Part shown: positions 61,483 to 64,000 of the stretch, in pieces | Numbering within the stretch: position 1 is the first letter of the stretch | How the letters are laid out: every line of letters starts with the position of its first letter | Origin: Nymphaea colorata | Lineage: Eukaryota | Direction: 5' to 3' | DNA: 64,000 nucleotides | NCBI RefSeq assembly: GCF_008831285.2 | Contig: NC_045138.2 | Location: 28,210,001 to 28,274,000, forward strand | Program-made: the position numbers and the translations under genes | Notes under the pieces: generated by a model | What the model was told of the DNA's origin: nothing | The model's database searches: none | What the model saw: the letters and a program-made list of their open reading frames with translations, nothing else

Positions 61483-63649
61483 ATGCTTGTTGATTAGTCA
61501 CTGAAGGAAGATTAAGACAGAAAAAAAAAACACACGGACGACTTTTAGTGTAGAAGAACAAGAATATGTGCCAACTTTTGTACAGGTGCCTTTATTTTTC
61601 TCTTGTTTGGGTTAAAGGAATTTTGGGCACACGTTTACAATTTTTGTTCTAATAAGAAAAGCTCAAGTTGTTGATATTATTGAAAAATGTCTCTAATCAT
61701 TGTTTATGTTTAATTGAAAAGGTCCATAAGTTTCATCATCAAATTTGCTCATTGCCATTTGACAAGTATCAAATGTGATTTTTATTTATCCTCTAAAAAG
61801 GATCTAAAAAACACATAAATTTTGAAAAATTTAAGAAACAAATGTAAGTCTTGAAAAGTGCCATGTTGGAGATATCAGAATATCCACACGTAACTTCCAC
61901 AATGTTAATCCATGCACACTAGTTAGGATGCTGTTTTAAAAGCATCCAACTAATTTGATAAATGCATAGAAACTGTTGGGATAGCGAAACTCGTTGATGG
62001 AAAATAATGTATGCGATATTTTTTCAGAATCTTTGACTGTTTTGATTCCCTAGCTTGATTTCGGGTTAGTAGTAAGTTGAAATAAACTGACAAACGTGTT
62101 GTTGCTGAATGGTCAAGGACTCAAAAAGGTCGTTGAGGATTTAACAGTTGGACGTAAACCTAATTGTGTTTGTTTTCTTAAATATTTCATATGTTTGGAA
62201 GTTTCCCTTTTCTATTTCTTGCTTTAAGAGTACTCTTGATGCGTAGGGAAATGCCACAGATCCAAGTGTAAGCGTTGGGCGAGAGAGGCAAGCCCTGTGG
62301 GACGTAGGAGTTGACATCTGACGAAAGAAAATAGACTTAACCTCACTTTTTCTTTCTTCTTTTTGTTTTTTTTTTTCTGATATCATTGTTTATAGTGTGG
62401 TAATTGTGTTCATTTAGTTCCGATTCTGGATTTTCAAGCCTCCAGAAAAAGGGAGAAACAATTTTGTACAGCTGAAAATCGTTCTATTATTTTAGCAGTT
62501 GGTTGCAACACAGGCGCGGCACAATGCAGGCAAAGCCATTAATGTGAAATGAGTTTGACTTGATATTTTCAAAACCTGACGTCGTGGAGAGAGATTTTCT
62601 CAAATATTGCAGTAAATAGTACGAGCTTACCCTTTCAGTTAATGTGGTTATAAGTAATCTCATGCCATGTTTTCTGTTTCAAATCAGAAGCTTGATAAAT
62701 GAACATGTTTGTCACCATGAAATATTTTTCTGTTTCAAATCAGAAGCTTGATAGATGTAGATATTTGTCATCATGAAATACGTATTTGAGAATGTTTTGT
62801 ATAAGAATTAACCACTCAATTGACCATGAAATACGTATTTGAGATTGTTCTCCGCAACAATAGTTAACCACTCGTGCTGTCCTGATCTCAAGGAACTTTC
62901 AAATAGATATAAAATTCATGTTTTTTTTACTTACAACTAAAAATTTTATAAGAAAAACAATTATGGACCGAGAAAAGGAAGCTGATTGTGTTTCTGGCGG
63001 TCTCAAATCCATATGGGAGAAGAAGAAGCCTGGATGATCATGACAAACCTGAATTTCCTATCAAAATATTGGCTGTAAGCTCCAACCAGATCCCGATCAG
63101 AGCTAGTTCCGATTTAGCTGAATTTGAGTATGGATCCAAACGTAGTTGATAATAGTTGGGAAAGGTTAGGTTTTCGAGGTGGATGCAAGTATAATTCTTA
63201 AGAAAGGAAACGAATTTAAATCCAAGAAAGTCGAATGATCCATATCTGAAACTTATCCGACCCGTTCTGCTAAGATCCGTGTGGTCGGGTAGGATAACAA
63301 GGACAAAAATGATTCTCGACCTTTAAAATTGGAGAGGCTCCTACTTAATAGCGGGACCTTGGTGAATCACATAGTTAATTGACGTTTTTGCAAGAATAAT
63401 CTCCAATGATAGCAGGCCACGTCAGCAGAAAAGCGAAACCCTTTGTGAAACTCCTGAAGAGAAGGCCTAAGCGGTGGCATATAACAGAGGACTTGACGTT
63501 TCACTACAATTCTGCGTTATTCGCGCCATTCTCTTGCTCCCCTTCTTTGCGCCCGCTCGAAATCGAGAGGCAGCCGAAGCAGAGAAGGAGCTCCCATCCC
63601 CCCCTCTGCGGCCGTCTCAAATCTCCCGCGAGGTCTTCCGGCAGCTTCA

Positions 63650-63988
63650 ATGGCTCGAGTGGCCGTCGTGAGAGCTCTCCCGCTGGCGGCGAGGCTTCCG
63701 CTCGGTGACCTCCTGCCACTCGTTCGCGTTAGCTACTCTACATTCCGGCCGTCGTCCTCCTCCTCCCTCTTCTCGGAGCCCCTTCATTTCGGATCTTTCT
63801 TCACCTGCCGGAGCTCTGAGGCTTTCCCGAGGGTGAGGGCGCCTGGATGGCCGGTTGCTTCTGTCCGGGGCTTCCGCAAGACTCGGCGGCGCCCAGTCGC
63901 GCGGAAGAACCCGTCGAAAGAGAGGCAGTTGGAGCTCGACGTGAAGATCTGCCTCGAAGAAGAGCTCCCCGATGATCCGGAAGTTCTG
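63650..63988 (+). CDS. YBEY: Endoribonuclease YBEY, chloroplastic (At2g25870-like), exon 1; gene continues beyond the window
   Basis: ATG 63650 opens 113 codons ending at a GT donor. A transit-peptide-like N-terminus is followed by RKTRRRPVARKNPSKERQLELDVKICLEEELPDDPEVL, matching the recalled plant YBEY N-terminus. Not in the ORF track because there is no stop inside the window. Confidence 0.85.
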
Positions 63989-64000
63989 GTAATCCAAATT

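Noticed and set aside
20331..64000. Apparent 'phosphatase cluster' (2 HAD-IIIB, YBEY-HAD, PP2C, PTPMT)
   Set aside because: These are unrelated or distant families with different predicted compartments, and two are pseudogene remnants. There is no evidence of a shared pathway, so this is likely coincidence.
1..64000. CRISPR arrays, tRNA/rRNA genes, prokaryotic operons or defence systems
   Set aside because: This is intron-containing plant nuclear DNA, and no repeat-spacer arrays or structural RNA genes were recognised.

Overview
Eukaryotic (flowering-plant) nuclear DNA with GT-AG introns, many microsatellites, MITE-like repeats and decayed LINE fragments. Most short ORFs in the supplied track are spurious. 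Genes reconstructed by hand from splice sites and motifs, in order: a NAC075/SND2-type NAC transcription factor (+, 3075-6202), two tandem HAD-IIIB acid phosphatases (+, 20331-21839 and 26796-28939), a single-exon secreted LRR (LRX-like) protein (-, 34510-35706), an RNA polymerase III RPC31/RPC7-like gene copy A (+, 38232-42649), an orphan 3' remnant of YBEY (43943-44774), a PP2C pseudogene (-, ~46635-47823), a PTPMT/DSP8 phosphatase (+, 48994-54184), a P-class PPR gene (-, 54976-56829), RPC31/RPC7-like copy B (+, 57316-60827) and exon 1 of chloroplast YBEY (+, 63650-63988, runs off the window). The main story is a ~18-19 kb-offset tandem segmental duplication of a PPR-RPC7-YBEY(-PP2C?) block that is decaying unevenly. 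The left copy keeps an intact RPC7, but only an inverted PPR fragment, two YBEY exons and a broken PP2C. It also shows a template-switch-like junction scar and patchy identity that suggests gene conversion. A near-perfect 41-bp hairpin lies between the acid phosphatases. No wholly new gene family is evident. All family assignments come from recalled motifs, not database searches.
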